Source of the DNA: Escherichia coli 042
Lineage (GTDB): Bacteria; Pseudomonadota; Gammaproteobacteria; Enterobacterales; Enterobacteriaceae
NCBI RefSeq assembly: GCF_000027125.1
Contig: NC_017626.1
Length of the DNA stretch: 64,000 nucleotides
Strand: one strand, 5' to 3'
Positions 45,856 to 55,525 of this stretch are shown piece by piece. The notes beneath the pieces are model-generated. The model saw nothing but the letters and a program-made list of their open reading frames with translations. It made no database searches and was not told the DNA's origin. The translations under genes were made by a program, and so were the position numbers. Within the stretch, counting starts at the first letter, position 1; each line of letters opens with the position of its first letter.

Positions 45856-46044
45856 ATGAAGCCCCAGGACGATATTTCTATCAACCCTGGGGCTGCCACT
45901 CCAAACCCAAACAATTTGGATGGTAGTCCCTTCTTCGCATGGAGGCAATATAAACATGCTGACGAAATATGCCCTTGTGGCTGTCATAGTGCTGTGTTTA
46001 ACGGTGCTGGGATTTACGCTTCTGGTCGGAGACTCGCTGTGTGA
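45856..46044 (+). CDS. mokE: mok-like overlapping reading frame of hokE copy 1
   Basis: 62-codon ORF overlapping the hok start in another frame, as in hok/mok/sok loci. Confidence 0.45.
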   Translation: MKPQDDISINPGAATPNPNNLDGSPFFAWRQYKHADEICPCGCHSAVFNGAGIYASGRRLAV

Positions 46045-46108
46045 GTTTACGGTGAAGGAACGTAATATTGAGTTTAAGGCTGTTCTCGCTTACGAACCGA
46101 AGAAGTAG
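45956..46108 (+). CDS. hokE: Hok-family small membrane toxin HokE, copy 1
   Basis: [50 protein letters not shown], 50 aa, within ORF 45920..46108. Confidence 0.85.
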   Translation: MLTKYALVAVIVLCLTVLGFTLLVGDSLCEFTVKERNIEFKAVLAYEPKK

Positions 46109-46243
46109 CCGTTGTGCGGGGAGTAATCCCCGCATATCCGGTTGTCAGGTCAGGGTGGTAAGGCACCTGCTTTACACTTTCGCCCGCGGTCAGCAATGGC
46201 TGCGGGCGATTTCGTTTTACGAACAATAACGAGCGTTGCCAAC

Positions 46244-46711
46244 AGAAGTCCGAAACAGGACTCGCTGTATAAATAAACAGCTATTTTGATAAGGAAGGGT
46301 AAGATAACGGCGGGTGCCTGAAGCTTTCCGGTTTCAGGTTTACTCTGAGGTCTGGAAAGATGAAGCCCCAGGAGATATTTCTATCAACCCTGGGGCTGCC
46401 ACTCCAAACCAGACAATTTGGATGGTAGTCCCTTCTTCGCATGGAGGCAATATAAACATGCTGACGAAATATGCCCTTGTGGCAGTCATAGTGCTGTGTT
46501 TAACGGTGCTGGGATTTACGCTTCTGGTCGGAGACTCGCTGTGTGAGTTTACGGTGAAGGAACGTAATATTGAGTTTAAGGCTGTTCTCGCTTACGAACC
46601 GAAGAAGTAGCCGTTGTGCGGGGAGTAATCCCCGCATATCCGGTTGTCAGGTCAGGGTGGTAAGGCACCTGCTTTACACTTTCGCCCGCGGTCAGTGATG
46701 GCTGCGGGCGA
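46244..46711 (+). repeat. hokE locus tandem duplication, copy 2
   Basis: Near-identical to copy 1 apart from two 1-bp indels in the mok leader region and a few substitutions. Confidence 0.75.
46458..46610 (+). CDS. hokE: Hok-family small membrane toxin, copy 2 (identical protein)
   Basis: Same 50 aa Hok peptide; here part of a longer in-frame ORF 46314..46610 because upstream indels merge the mok leader with the hok frame. Confidence 0.8.
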   Translation: MLTKYALVAVIVLCLTVLGFTLLVGDSLCEFTVKERNIEFKAVLAYEPKK

Positions 46712-46731
46712 ATCGTACCAGAAGTTGTCAA

Positions 46732-47352
46732 TTAATCGTGTTGGCACAGCGTTATGACTATCTTTTCTTTTATCTGCCAGTGCACAGCAAACTGCTCATC
46801 CTCTAGTCGAATGATGATCCGCTGTTTATTCCAGCTAATTATCTGATAATCCAGAAAACCTTGAGCGGCCTGTATCTTGCTTGCCTTAAATGCGCTCTCT
46901 TTGGCGGAAAATGCCAGTGTCAGCGCCAGAGAAAAGGTTAAACCGCATTCTGCGAGTCGCTCGTGTTCTGCTGGTGTAATAATGTTGTCTGTCAATTCTC
47001 TTGCGGTTTGTACAGAGAAAATCTCTTCGATATCAATGCCAATCGGTTGACGAGATACCACGGCTAATGCCGTAGTCCCGCAGTGGCTAATACTGCCGTA
47101 TACCTCCGCAGGCCACACAGGTTGGCGTAGCTCGCCGATAGCGGGCACATATTTATAGCCATATTCCCGCAAGGCATAAACAGCAGCGATTCGTCCAGCT
47201 AAATGCTCTGTTTTACGTTTACGTCCAGCGTGTTGCAGTTGTGCGTAGTGTGGCAGCCAGAGTAAATCCTGCTCGCGAAAACTCGCCGGATCGAACTCAA
47301 CAAAATGCAGCGTATGTCCGGCAAAGGGGAGGGCGGTATGCGTAGTTTTCAT
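46732..47352 (-). CDS. entD: enterobactin synthase phosphopantetheinyl transferase EntD
   Basis: ORF 46732..47502 trimmed to MKTTHTALPFAGHTLHFVEFDP start (206 aa). Confidence 0.9.
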   Translation of the reverse strand: MKTTHTALPFAGHTLHFVEFDPASFREQDLLWLPHYAQLQHAGRKRKTEHLAGRIAAVYALREYGYKYVPAIGELRQPVWPAEVYGSISHCGTTALAVVSRQPIGIDIEEIFSVQTARELTDNIITPAEHERLAECGLTFSLALTLAFSAKESAFKASKIQAAQGFLDYQIISWNKQRIIIRLEDEQFAVHWQIKEKIVITLCQHD

Positions 47353-47383
47353 ATCGACTATATTCGAGACTGATGACAAACGC

Positions 47384-47490
47384 AAAACTGCCTGATGCGC
47401 TACGCTTATCAGGCCTACATGGTCCTGCAATATATTGAATTGGCAAGATTTTTGTAGGCCGGATAAGGCGTTCACGCCGCATCCGGCATG
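47384..47490. repeat. REP/BIME elements between fepA and entD
   Basis: Two REP-type palindromes gcctgatgcgctacgcttatcaggcctac and tgtaggccggataaggcgttcacgccgcatccggca. Confidence 0.6.
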
Positions 47491-47526
47491 AACGACGCGC
47501 ACTTTGTCAACAATCTGACGTTAGCA

Positions 47527-49767
47527 TCAGAAGTGAGTATTAATGCTCATATACCACGTACGTCCCGGCTCGTTATAGGTATACGCCCCGGCACCGGCGA
47601 TATAGTTGGCTCCTGCCAGATCGCCCGTGGTCTGGGCATTACCCGCACGCCACAAACGTTTGTCGAACAGGTTGTCCACGCCGCCGGTCAGACTGACATT
47701 CTTCGTTACATCCCAGGTCGCGCTCAGGCCAACAATGCTGTACGGGCTGATTTCTTTGGTTTCCGGTCCAACCGCTGGCTGACCTTTATAGTTGTACTTC
47801 TTCGGCTGCTGCTTGCCGTACCAGGTGAAGGTTGTTTGCATCGACAAATCTTCCCGTGCCTGCCAGCTCAGCGTTGAGTTCAACGTATACTCCGGGATGA
47901 TCGACAAACGGTCGCCCGTGGTTTTGTTTTCACTCTTCAGCATATAAGTGATGTTATTGGTCCACATCACCGTTTCGCTAACCGGTACGTTTAACGATCC
48001 TTCCAGACCTTCAACCACCGCTTTCGGTACGTTATCCCACTGATAGAGATCGGTGCCGACTGCGTTTTGCCCTACAGCCACATAGCCCGCTTCAATCTTA
48101 TTGCGATAATCGTTACGGAACCAGGTGACGCCCGCCAGCCAGCCGTCGCGTTTGAACTCCAGACCAATCTCCTTGTTGATACTGGTTTCCGCTTTCAGGT
48201 CATCATTACCTTGCAGATAGCAGCCGCCCGCGCTGGCATAGCAGCCCTGACCTTTACTGTAGAGAATGTAGTTTGGGTTAGTCTGGTACAGACTCGGCGC
48301 TTTATAAGCACGGGCAATGCCCATTTTCAGCGTGAAGTCATCGCCTAAACCTTGCGAGATATTCAGCGCCGGACTCCAGTTATTGCCAACAATGCTGTGA
48401 TGATCGAAACGCAGCCCCGGCGTTACGATGGTGCTGTCAGTCAGCTCCATATTGTTTTCGGCAAACAGCGAGAAAATTTCTGCTTTTGAATATGGGCTAC
48501 GGTCGGTGGCACTCACGCCATCAATAGCGCCACCGGTATTCGTCCCGGTGAGCGCCTGGGTGTTGGAACTTAAGTCCTTCATCCGTTGCTGATTCCACTC
48601 CGTACCCAGCGTCAGCGTCTGGTTAACGAGGAAATCAATCGGCAGGTTAACTTCGCTATGCAGCATCACGTCATCGAGATCGATATCGACGAAATCCTGT
48701 GTCGCTTTTTCGTTAAATTTCCCTTCTGTGCCGCCCGCCAGACCTTCCGGGATGCGCGAGTTACGGGTGTGTTCGTACTGCACCCAGTTGCTGGTGGTCA
48801 CGCCGTTATCCCAGCCGCCGTTCCAGGTCAGCGAGTAGTTCTGGCGATACAGACGGTTGGTTTCATCGCCATATTTCGAGCGGGTATAGGAGTCAGAGTT
48901 GGTGTTCTGGGTATCGCCCGCATACAGGTTACCCTGGCGGCTGTAACCCGCTTCCAGTTCCAGCGATTGCAATGGTGCGAAGTCCCAGCGCACCACGCCA
49001 TTAATATCTTTGTTGATCACCCCTTCGCGCCCGGCTGGTAACGTCGTGGCATAGGTTCCGGCACGCGCGGACTGATGGCCCTGGTTGATATCCCACGCGT
49101 CAGCCTGGGTTTTGTCGAGGTTGCCATACAAGCGGAAGCTGAATTCGTCGCCCAGCGGACCGGTGAGGCTAAAGTTAGTGCGTTTGGTGGCACCTTCCTC
49201 TTTATGTTCTGGCGCATTGAAATATGCGTCCCAGGAGCCGTGCCACTCACCACTGCCTTTTTTGGTAATGATGTTAACCACGCCGCCCGCCGCGCCGTTG
49301 CCATAACGCGCAGCTGCCGGACCACGCAGAACTTCAATACGTTCAATCATTTCAGGTGGCACCCAGGAGGTATCACCACGGGTATCGCGCTCGCCACGCC
49401 AGCCCTGACGCACCGAGTTACGGCTGCTTACCGGCTTGCCGTCAATCAAAATCAGCGTGTTTTCCGGACCCATGCCGCGAATATCAATTTGTCGGTTATT
49501 CCCACGCTGACCACTGGTGGAGTTACCGGTCAGGTTAACGCCTGGCATGGTACGGATGATCTCCGACACATCGCGGGCAACGGGGTTTTTGCGGATTTCA
49601 TCTGCGGTGATGGTCGAAACGCCAGGCGCTTGCAAGTTCTGCTCGGCGGCGGTAACGACAATGGTATCGTCGTGTGAAACAGGAGTATCGGTTGGCTCTT
49701 GTGCCTGTGCTACCCCATAAATCCCCAGATTGACCAACAAGGCCAGGGAATGAATCTTCTTGTTCAT
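47527..49767 (-). CDS. fepA: TonB-dependent ferric enterobactin outer membrane receptor FepA
   Basis: ORF 47527..49824 trimmed to MNKKIHSLALLVNLGIYGVAQA signal peptide (746 aa); TonB box and C-terminal aromatic residue. Confidence 0.95.
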   Translation of the reverse strand: MNKKIHSLALLVNLGIYGVAQAQEPTDTPVSHDDTIVVTAAEQNLQAPGVSTITADEIRKNPVARDVSEIIRTMPGVNLTGNSTSGQRGNNRQIDIRGMGPENTLILIDGKPVSSRNSVRQGWRGERDTRGDTSWVPPEMIERIEVLRGPAAARYGNGAAGGVVNIITKKGSGEWHGSWDAYFNAPEHKEEGATKRTNFSLTGPLGDEFSFRLYGNLDKTQADAWDINQGHQSARAGTYATTLPAGREGVINKDINGVVRWDFAPLQSLELEAGYSRQGNLYAGDTQNTNSDSYTRSKYGDETNRLYRQNYSLTWNGGWDNGVTTSNWVQYEHTRNSRIPEGLAGGTEGKFNEKATQDFVDIDLDDVMLHSEVNLPIDFLVNQTLTLGTEWNQQRMKDLSSNTQALTGTNTGGAIDGVSATDRSPYSKAEIFSLFAENNMELTDSTIVTPGLRFDHHSIVGNNWSPALNISQGLGDDFTLKMGIARAYKAPSLYQTNPNYILYSKGQGCYASAGGCYLQGNDDLKAETSINKEIGLEFKRDGWLAGVTWFRNDYRNKIEAGYVAVGQNAVGTDLYQWDNVPKAVVEGLEGSLNVPVSETVMWTNNITYMLKSENKTTGDRLSIIPEYTLNSTLSWQAREDLSMQTTFTWYGKQQPKKYNYKGQPAVGPETKEISPYSIVGLSATWDVTKNVSLTGGVDNLFDKRLWRAGNAQTTGDLAGANYIAGAGAYTYNEPGRTWYMSINTHF

Positions 49768-49926
49768 TGTTTTATTCCTGCATTTTTGCCACGAATTGCA
49801 ACTGTCGGGCATGGTCGTCATCAATACGACGCACCCCGCTACCGCGAAAACCTTTGATCCTGAAAGACACGCAGTGCAGTTGGTTAATTAATGTCCGCGC
49901 TTCCCACGGCGCGCCATTACGCTATT

Positions 49927-49960
49927 GCAAATGCAAATAGTTATCAATAATATTATCAAT
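49927..49960. promoter_or_regulatory. Fur box region in divergent fepA / fes promoter
   Basis: gcaaatgcaaatagttatcaataatattatcaat resembles the Fur consensus gataatgataatcattatc. Confidence 0.55.
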
Positions 49961-50009
49961 ATATTTCTGCAATCAATGAAAAATTGCACAGTAAACATGG
50001 GGTTATGGT

Positions 50010-51212
50010 GTGACGGCGTTAAAAGTAGGAAGTGAGAGCTGGTGGCAGTCGAAACATGGCCCGGAATGGCAGCGTCTGAATGACGAAATGTTTGAGGTCA
50101 CTTTCTGGTGGCGTGATCCCCAAGGTTCTGAAGAATACTCGACGATAAAGCGGGTATGGGTCTACGTCACTGGTGTGACCGATCACCATCAGAACAGCCA
50201 GCCCCAGTCGATGCAGCGAATTGCAGGCACCAACGTCTGGCAGTGGACGACACAACTCAATGCCAACTGGCGCGGCAGCTACTGTTTTATTCCCACCGAA
50301 CGCGATGACATTTTTTCTGCACCATCCCCCGATCGCCTCGAATTACGTGAAGGCTGGCGAAAACTATTACCCCAGGCGATAGCCGATCCGCTGAATCCAC
50401 AAAGCTGGAAAGGCGGGCGAGGGCACGCTGTTTCTGCACTCGAAATGCCGCAAGCGCCTCTGCAACCGGGATGGGATTGTCCGCAAGCGCCAGAAATACC
50501 TGTCAAAGAAATTATCTGGAAAAGTGAACAGTTGAAAAATTCACGCCGTGTATGGATTTTTACCACCGGCGATGCAACAGCAGAAGAACGCCCGCTGGCA
50601 GTTTTGCTTGATGGCGAATTTTGGGCGCAGAGTATGCCCGTCTGGCCTGCGCTGACTTCGCTGACCCATCGTCGGCAACTTCCTCCCGCCGTGTATGTGT
50701 TGATCGACGCTATCGACACCACGCACCGCGCTCACGAACTGCCGTGTAATGCGGATTTCTGGCTGGCAGTACAGCAAGAGTTATTACCCCTGGTGAAAGC
50801 TATTGCCCCTTTTAGCGATCGCGCCGATCGCACCGTGGTCGCCGGGCAGAGTTTTGGTGGGCTTTCCGCGCTGTATGCCGGACTGCACTGGCCTGAACGT
50901 TTTGGCTGTGTATTAAGCCAGTCAGGATCGTACTGGTGGCCGCATCGGGGCGGGCAGCAAGAAGGTGTTTTACTTGAGCAACTTAAAGCTGGTCAAGTTA
51001 GCGCCGAAGGTCTGCGCATTGTGCTGGAAGCGGGTATTCGCGAGCCGATGATCATGCGGGCCAATCAGGCGCTGTATGCGCAATTACACCCCATAAAAGA
51101 ATCCATTTTCTGGCGTCAGGTTGACGGCGGACATGATGCGCTTTGTTGGCGCGGTGGCTTGATGCAGGGGCTAATCGACCTCTGGCAACCACTTTTCCAT
51201 GACAGGAGTTGA
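50010..51212 (+). CDS. fes: enterochelin esterase Fes
   Basis: 400 aa ORF (GTG start) MTALKVGSESWWQSKHGPEWQRL... Confidence 0.92.
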   Translation: MTALKVGSESWWQSKHGPEWQRLNDEMFEVTFWWRDPQGSEEYSTIKRVWVYVTGVTDHHQNSQPQSMQRIAGTNVWQWTTQLNANWRGSYCFIPTERDDIFSAPSPDRLELREGWRKLLPQAIADPLNPQSWKGGRGHAVSALEMPQAPLQPGWDCPQAPEIPVKEIIWKSEQLKNSRRVWIFTTGDATAEERPLAVLLDGEFWAQSMPVWPALTSLTHRRQLPPAVYVLIDAIDTTHRAHELPCNADFWLAVQQELLPLVKAIAPFSDRADRTVVAGQSFGGLSALYAGLHWPERFGCVLSQSGSYWWPHRGGQQEGVLLEQLKAGQVSAEGLRIVLEAGIREPMIMRANQALYAQLHPIKESIFWRQVDGGHDALCWRGGLMQGLIDLWQPLFHDRS

Positions 51213-51214
51213 AT

Positions 51215-51433
51215 ATGGCATTCAGTAATCCCTTCGATGATCCGCAGGGAGCGTTTTACATTTTGCGCAATGCGCAGGGGCAATTCAGTCTGTGGCCGCA
51301 ACAATGCGCCTTACCGGCAGGCTGGGTCGTTGTGTGTCAGCCGCAGTCACAGGCGTCCTGCCAGCAGTGGCTTGAAGCCCACAGGCGTACTCTGACACCG
51401 GCGAATTTCACCCAGTTGCAGGAGGCACAATGA
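51215..51433 (+). CDS. ybdZ: MbtH-like protein YbdZ (EntF partner)
   Basis: 72 aa MbtH-like ORF (MAFSNPFDDPQGAFYILRN...) immediately upstream of entF. Confidence 0.85.
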   Translation: MAFSNPFDDPQGAFYILRNAQGQFSLWPQQCALPAGWVVVCQPQSQASCQQWLEAHRRTLTPANFTQLQEAQ

Positions 51434-54400
51434 GCCAGCATTTACCTTTGGTCGCCGCACAGCCCGGCATCTGGATGGCAGAAAAACTGTCGGATTTACC
51501 CTCCGCCTGGAGCGTGGCGCATTACGTTGAGTTAACCGGAGAGGTTGATGCGCCACTACTGGCCCGCGCGGTGGTTGCCGGAATAGCGCAAGCAGATACG
51601 CTGCGGATGCGTTTTACGGAAGATAACGGCGAAGTCTGGCAGTGGGTCGATGATGCGCTGACGTTCGAACTGCCAGAAATTATCGACCTGCGAACCAACA
51701 TTGATCCGCACGGTACTGCGCGGGCATTAATGCAGGCGGATTTACAGCAAAATCTACGTGCCGACAGCGGCAAACCGCTGGTCTTTCATCAGCTCATTCA
51801 GGTGGCAGATAACCGCTGGTACTGGTATCAGCGTTATCACCATTTGCTGGTCGATGGCTTCAGTTTCCCGGCCATTACCCGCCAGATCGCCAATATTTAC
51901 TGCGCATGGCTGCGTGGCGAACCAACGCCTGCTTCGCCGTTTACGCCTTTCGCTGATGTCGTGGAAGAGTACCAGCAATACCGCGAAAGCGAAGCCTGGC
52001 AGCGTGATGCGGCATTCTGGACGGAACAGCGTCGTCAACTGCCGCCGCCCGCGTCACTTTCTCCGGCACCTTTACCGGGGCGCAGCGTCTCGGCAGATAT
52101 TCTGCGCCTGAAACTGGAGTTTACCGACGGGGAATTCCGCCAGCTGGCTACGCAACTTTCAGGTGTGCAGCGTACCGATTTAGCACTTGCGTTGGCAGCC
52201 TTGTGGCTGGGGCGATTGTGCAATCGCATGGACTACGCCGCCGGATTTATCTTTATGCGTCGACTGGGCTCGGCGGCGCTGACGGCTACCGGACCCGTGC
52301 TCAACGTTTTGCCGTTGGGGATTCACATTGCGGCACAAGAAACGCTGCCGGAACTGGCAACCCGACTGGCAGCACAACTGAAAAAAATGCGTCGTCATCA
52401 ACGTTACGATGCCGAACAAATTGTCCGTGACAGCGGGCGAGCGGCAGGAGAGGAACCGCTGTTCGGTCCGGTACTCAATATCAAGGTATTTGATTACCAA
52501 CTGGATATTCCTGGTGTTCAGACGCAAACCCATACCCTGGCAACCGGTCCGGTTAATGACCTTGAACTGGCCCTGTTCCCGGATGAACACGGTGATTTGA
52601 GTATTGAGATCCTCGCCAATAAACAGCGTTACGATGAGCCAACGTTAATCCAGCATGCTGAACGCCTGAAAATGCTGATTGCCCAGTTCGCCGCGGATCC
52701 GGCGCTGTTGTGCGGCGATGTCGATATTATGCTGCCAGGTGAATATGCGCAGCTGGCGCAGATCAACGCCACTCAGGTTGAGATTCCAGAAACCACGCTG
52801 AGCGCGCTGGTGGCAGAACAAGCGGCAAAAACACCGGATGCTCCGGCGCTGGTTGATGCGCGTTACCAGTTTAGCTATCGGGAAATGCGCGAACAGGTGG
52901 TGGCGCTGGCGAATCTGCTGCGTGAGCGCGGCGTTAAACCAGGCGACAGCGTGGCGGTGGCGCTACCGCGCTCGGTCTTTTTGACTCTGGCGCTACATGC
53001 AATTGTTGAGGCTGGTGCGGCCTGGTTACCGCTGGATACCGGCTATCCGGACGATCGCCTGAAAATGATGCTGGAAGATGCGCGTCCGTCGCTGTTAATT
53101 ACCACCGACGATCAACTGCCGCGCTTTAGCGATGTTCCCAATTTAACAAACCTTTGCTATAACGCCCCGCTTACCCCCCAGGGCAGTGCGCCGCTGCAAC
53201 TTTCACAACCGCATAACACGGCTTATATCATCTTTACCTCTGGCTCCACCGGCAGGCCGAAAGGGGTAATGGTCGGGCAGACGGCTATCGTTAACCGCCT
53301 GTTGTGGATGCAAAATCATTATCCACTTACAGGTGAAGATGTCGTTGCCCAAAAAACGCCGTGCAGTTTTGATGTCTCGGTGTGGGAGTTTTTCTGGCCG
53401 TTTATTGCCGGGGCTAAACTGGTGATGGCTGAACCGGAAGCGCACCGCGACCCGCTCGCTATGCAGCAATTCTTTGCCGAATATGGTGTAACGACCACGC
53501 ACTTTGTGCCGTCGATGCTGGCGGCATTTGTTGCATCGCTGACTCCGCAAACCGCTCGTCAGAATTGCGCGACGTTGAAACAGGTTTTCTGTAGTGGTGA
53601 GGCCTTACCCGCTGATTTATGCCGCGAATGGCAACAGTTAACCAGCGCGCCGTTGCATAATTTATATGGCCCGACGGAAGCGGCGGTAGATGTCAGCTGG
53701 TATCCGGCTTTTGGCGAGGAACTGGCACAGGTGCGCGGCAGCAGTGTGCCGATTGGTTATCCGGTGTGGAATACGGGCCTGCGTATTCTTGATGCGATGA
53801 TGCATCCGGTGCCGCCGGGTGTGGCGGGAGATCTCTATCTCACCGGTATTCAACTGGCGCAGGGGTATCTTGGACGACCCGATCTGACCGCCAGCCGCTT
53901 TATTGCCGATCCTTTTGCCCCTGGCGAACGGATGTACCGTACCGGAGACGTTGCCCGCTGGCTGGATAACGGCGCGGTGGAGTACCTCGGGCGCAGTGAC
54001 GATCAGCTAAAAATTCGCGGGCAGCGTATTGAACTGGGCGAAATCGATCGCGTGATGCAGGCACTGCCGGATGTCGAACAGGCCGTTACCCACGCCTGCG
54101 TCATTAACCAGGCTGCCGCAACGGGAGGCGATGCGCGTCAGTTGGTTGGGTATCTGGTGTCGCAATCAGGCCTGCCGCTGGATACCACTGCATTGCAGGC
54201 GCAGTTGCGCGAAACATTGCCACCGCATATGGTGCCCGTGGTTCTGCTGCAACTTCCGCAGTTGCCGCTTAGCGCCAACGGCAAGCTGGATCGCAAAGCC
54301 TTACCGTTGCCTGAACTGAAGGCACAAGCGCCGGGGCGTGCGCCGAAAGCGGGCAGTGAAACGATTATCGCCGCGGCATTCTCGTCGTTGCTGGGTTGTG

Positions 54401-55311
54401 ACGTGCAGGATGCCGATGCTGATTTCTTTGCGCTTGGCGGTCATTCGCTACTGGCAATGAAACTGGCTGCGCAGTTAAGTCGGCAGTTTACCCGCCAGGT
54501 GACGCCGGGGCAGGTGATGGTCGCGTCAACTGTCGCCAAACTGGCAACGATTATTGATGGTGAAGAAGACAGCTCCCGGCGCATGGGATTCGAAACCATT
54601 CTGCCGTTGCGTGAAGGTAATGGCCCGACGCTGTTTTGTTTCCATCCGGCCTCCGGTTTTGCCTGGCAGTTTAGCGTGCTTTCGCGTTATCTCGATCCAC
54701 AATGGTCGATTATTGGCATTCAGTCGCCGCGCCCTCATGGCCCCATGCAGACCGCGGCAAACCTGGATGAAGTCTGCGAAGCGCATCTGGCAACGTTACT
54801 TGAACAACAACCGCACGGCCCTTATTACCTGCTGGGGTATTCGCTGGGCGGTACGCTGGCGCAGGGCATTGCGGCGCGACTGCGTGCCCGTGGCGAACAG
54901 GTGGCATTTCTTGGCTTGCTGGATACCTGGCCGCCAGAAACGCAAAACTGGCAGGAAAAAGAGGCTAATGGCCTGGACCCGGAAGTGCTGGCGGAGATTA
55001 ACCGCGAGCGCGAGGCCTTCCTGGCGGCACAGCAGGGAAGTACTTCAACGGAGTTGTTTACCACCATTGAAGGCAACTACGCTGATGCTGTGCGCCTGCT
55101 GACGACTGCTCATAGCGTACCGTTTGACGGTAAAGCGACGCTGTTTGTTGCTGAACGCACGCTTCAGGAAGGTATGAATCCCGAACGCGTCTGGTCGCCG
55201 TGGATAGCCGAGCTGGATATCTATCGTCAGGATTGTGCGCATGTGGATATTATCTCTCCAGGGGCATTTGAAAAAATTGGGCCGATTATTCGCGCAACGC
55301 TAAACAGATAA
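51430..55311 (+). CDS. entF: enterobactin NRPS EntF (C-A-T-TE, serine-activating)
   Basis: 1293 aa ORF with condensation, adenylation (FTSGSTGRPKG), thiolation (LGGHSL) and thioesterase (GYSLGG) motifs. Confidence 0.95.
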   Translation: MSQHLPLVAAQPGIWMAEKLSDLPSAWSVAHYVELTGEVDAPLLARAVVAGIAQADTLRMRFTEDNGEVWQWVDDALTFELPEIIDLRTNIDPHGTARALMQADLQQNLRADSGKPLVFHQLIQVADNRWYWYQRYHHLLVDGFSFPAITRQIANIYCAWLRGEPTPASPFTPFADVVEEYQQYRESEAWQRDAAFWTEQRRQLPPPASLSPAPLPGRSVSADILRLKLEFTDGEFRQLATQLSGVQRTDLALALAALWLGRLCNRMDYAAGFIFMRRLGSAALTATGPVLNVLPLGIHIAAQETLPELATRLAAQLKKMRRHQRYDAEQIVRDSGRAAGEEPLFGPVLNIKVFDYQLDIPGVQTQTHTLATGPVNDLELALFPDEHGDLSIEILANKQRYDEPTLIQHAERLKMLIAQFAADPALLCGDVDIMLPGEYAQLAQINATQVEIPETTLSALVAEQAAKTPDAPALVDARYQFSYREMREQVVALANLLRERGVKPGDSVAVALPRSVFLTLALHAIVEAGAAWLPLDTGYPDDRLKMMLEDARPSLLITTDDQLPRFSDVPNLTNLCYNAPLTPQGSAPLQLSQPHNTAYIIFTSGSTGRPKGVMVGQTAIVNRLLWMQNHYPLTGEDVVAQKTPCSFDVSVWEFFWPFIAGAKLVMAEPEAHRDPLAMQQFFAEYGVTTTHFVPSMLAAFVASLTPQTARQNCATLKQVFCSGEALPADLCREWQQLTSAPLHNLYGPTEAAVDVSWYPAFGEELAQVRGSSVPIGYPVWNTGLRILDAMMHPVPPGVAGDLYLTGIQLAQGYLGRPDLTASRFIADPFAPGERMYRTGDVARWLDNGAVEYLGRSDDQLKIRGQRIELGEIDRVMQALPDVEQAVTHACVINQAAATGGDARQLVGYLVSQSGLPLDTTALQAQLRETLPPHMVPVVLLQLPQLPLSANGKLDRKALPLPELKAQAPGRAPKAGSETIIAAAFSSLLGCDVQDADADFFALGGHSLLAMKLAAQLSRQFTRQVTPGQVMVASTVAKLATIIDGEEDSSRRMGFETILPLREGNGPTLFCFHPASGFAWQFSVLSRYLDPQWSIIGIQSPRPHGPMQTAANLDEVCEAHLATLLEQQPHGPYYLLGYSLGGTLAQGIAARLRARGEQVAFLGLLDTWPPETQNWQEKEANGLDPEVLAEINREREAFLAAQQGSTSTELFTTIEGNYADAVRLLTTAHSVPFDGKATLFVAERTLQEGMNPERVWSPWIAELDIYRQDCAHVDIISPGAFEKIGPIIRATLNR

Positions 55312-55326
55312 ATTAACATTATCTAT

Positions 55327-55363
55327 AAACCCATAATTACAGAAAATAATTATGGGTTTTTTA
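55327..55363 (+). terminator. rho-independent terminator after entF
   Basis: Hairpin aaacccataatt...aattatgggttt followed by a T run. Confidence 0.5.
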
Positions 55364-55525
55364 TTTGTTTGATTTATAGGTTTGATGAATATTTCTCTTA
55401 AATAGAGTGAATGTTGCATTCAGTGGAAGGAATTTACAAACTTCAGCTTCGGATAATTATCACCAACTGGTAAAGTGAGCGCCGTGGAGATTTCCCCTAT
55501 TGGACTCATTTTCAGGTTATACCCC

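Larger units (their letters stand above)
45739..46209 (+). repeat. hokE locus tandem duplication, copy 1 (~470 bp homologous unit, ~505 bp period)
   Basis: Begins agaagtccgaaacaggactc... and ends ...ggctgcgggcga; repeated at 46244..46711; boundaries approximate. Confidence 0.75.

Noticed and set aside
46111-46135. Hairpin gcggggagtaatccccgc after each hok copy as a terminator
   Set aside because: No T-run follows, so it is not confidently a rho-independent terminator; may be part of hok mRNA 3' structure
51522-55242. Numerous short ORFs on both strands inside entF
   Set aside because: Overlap the continuous 1293-codon NRPS reading frame
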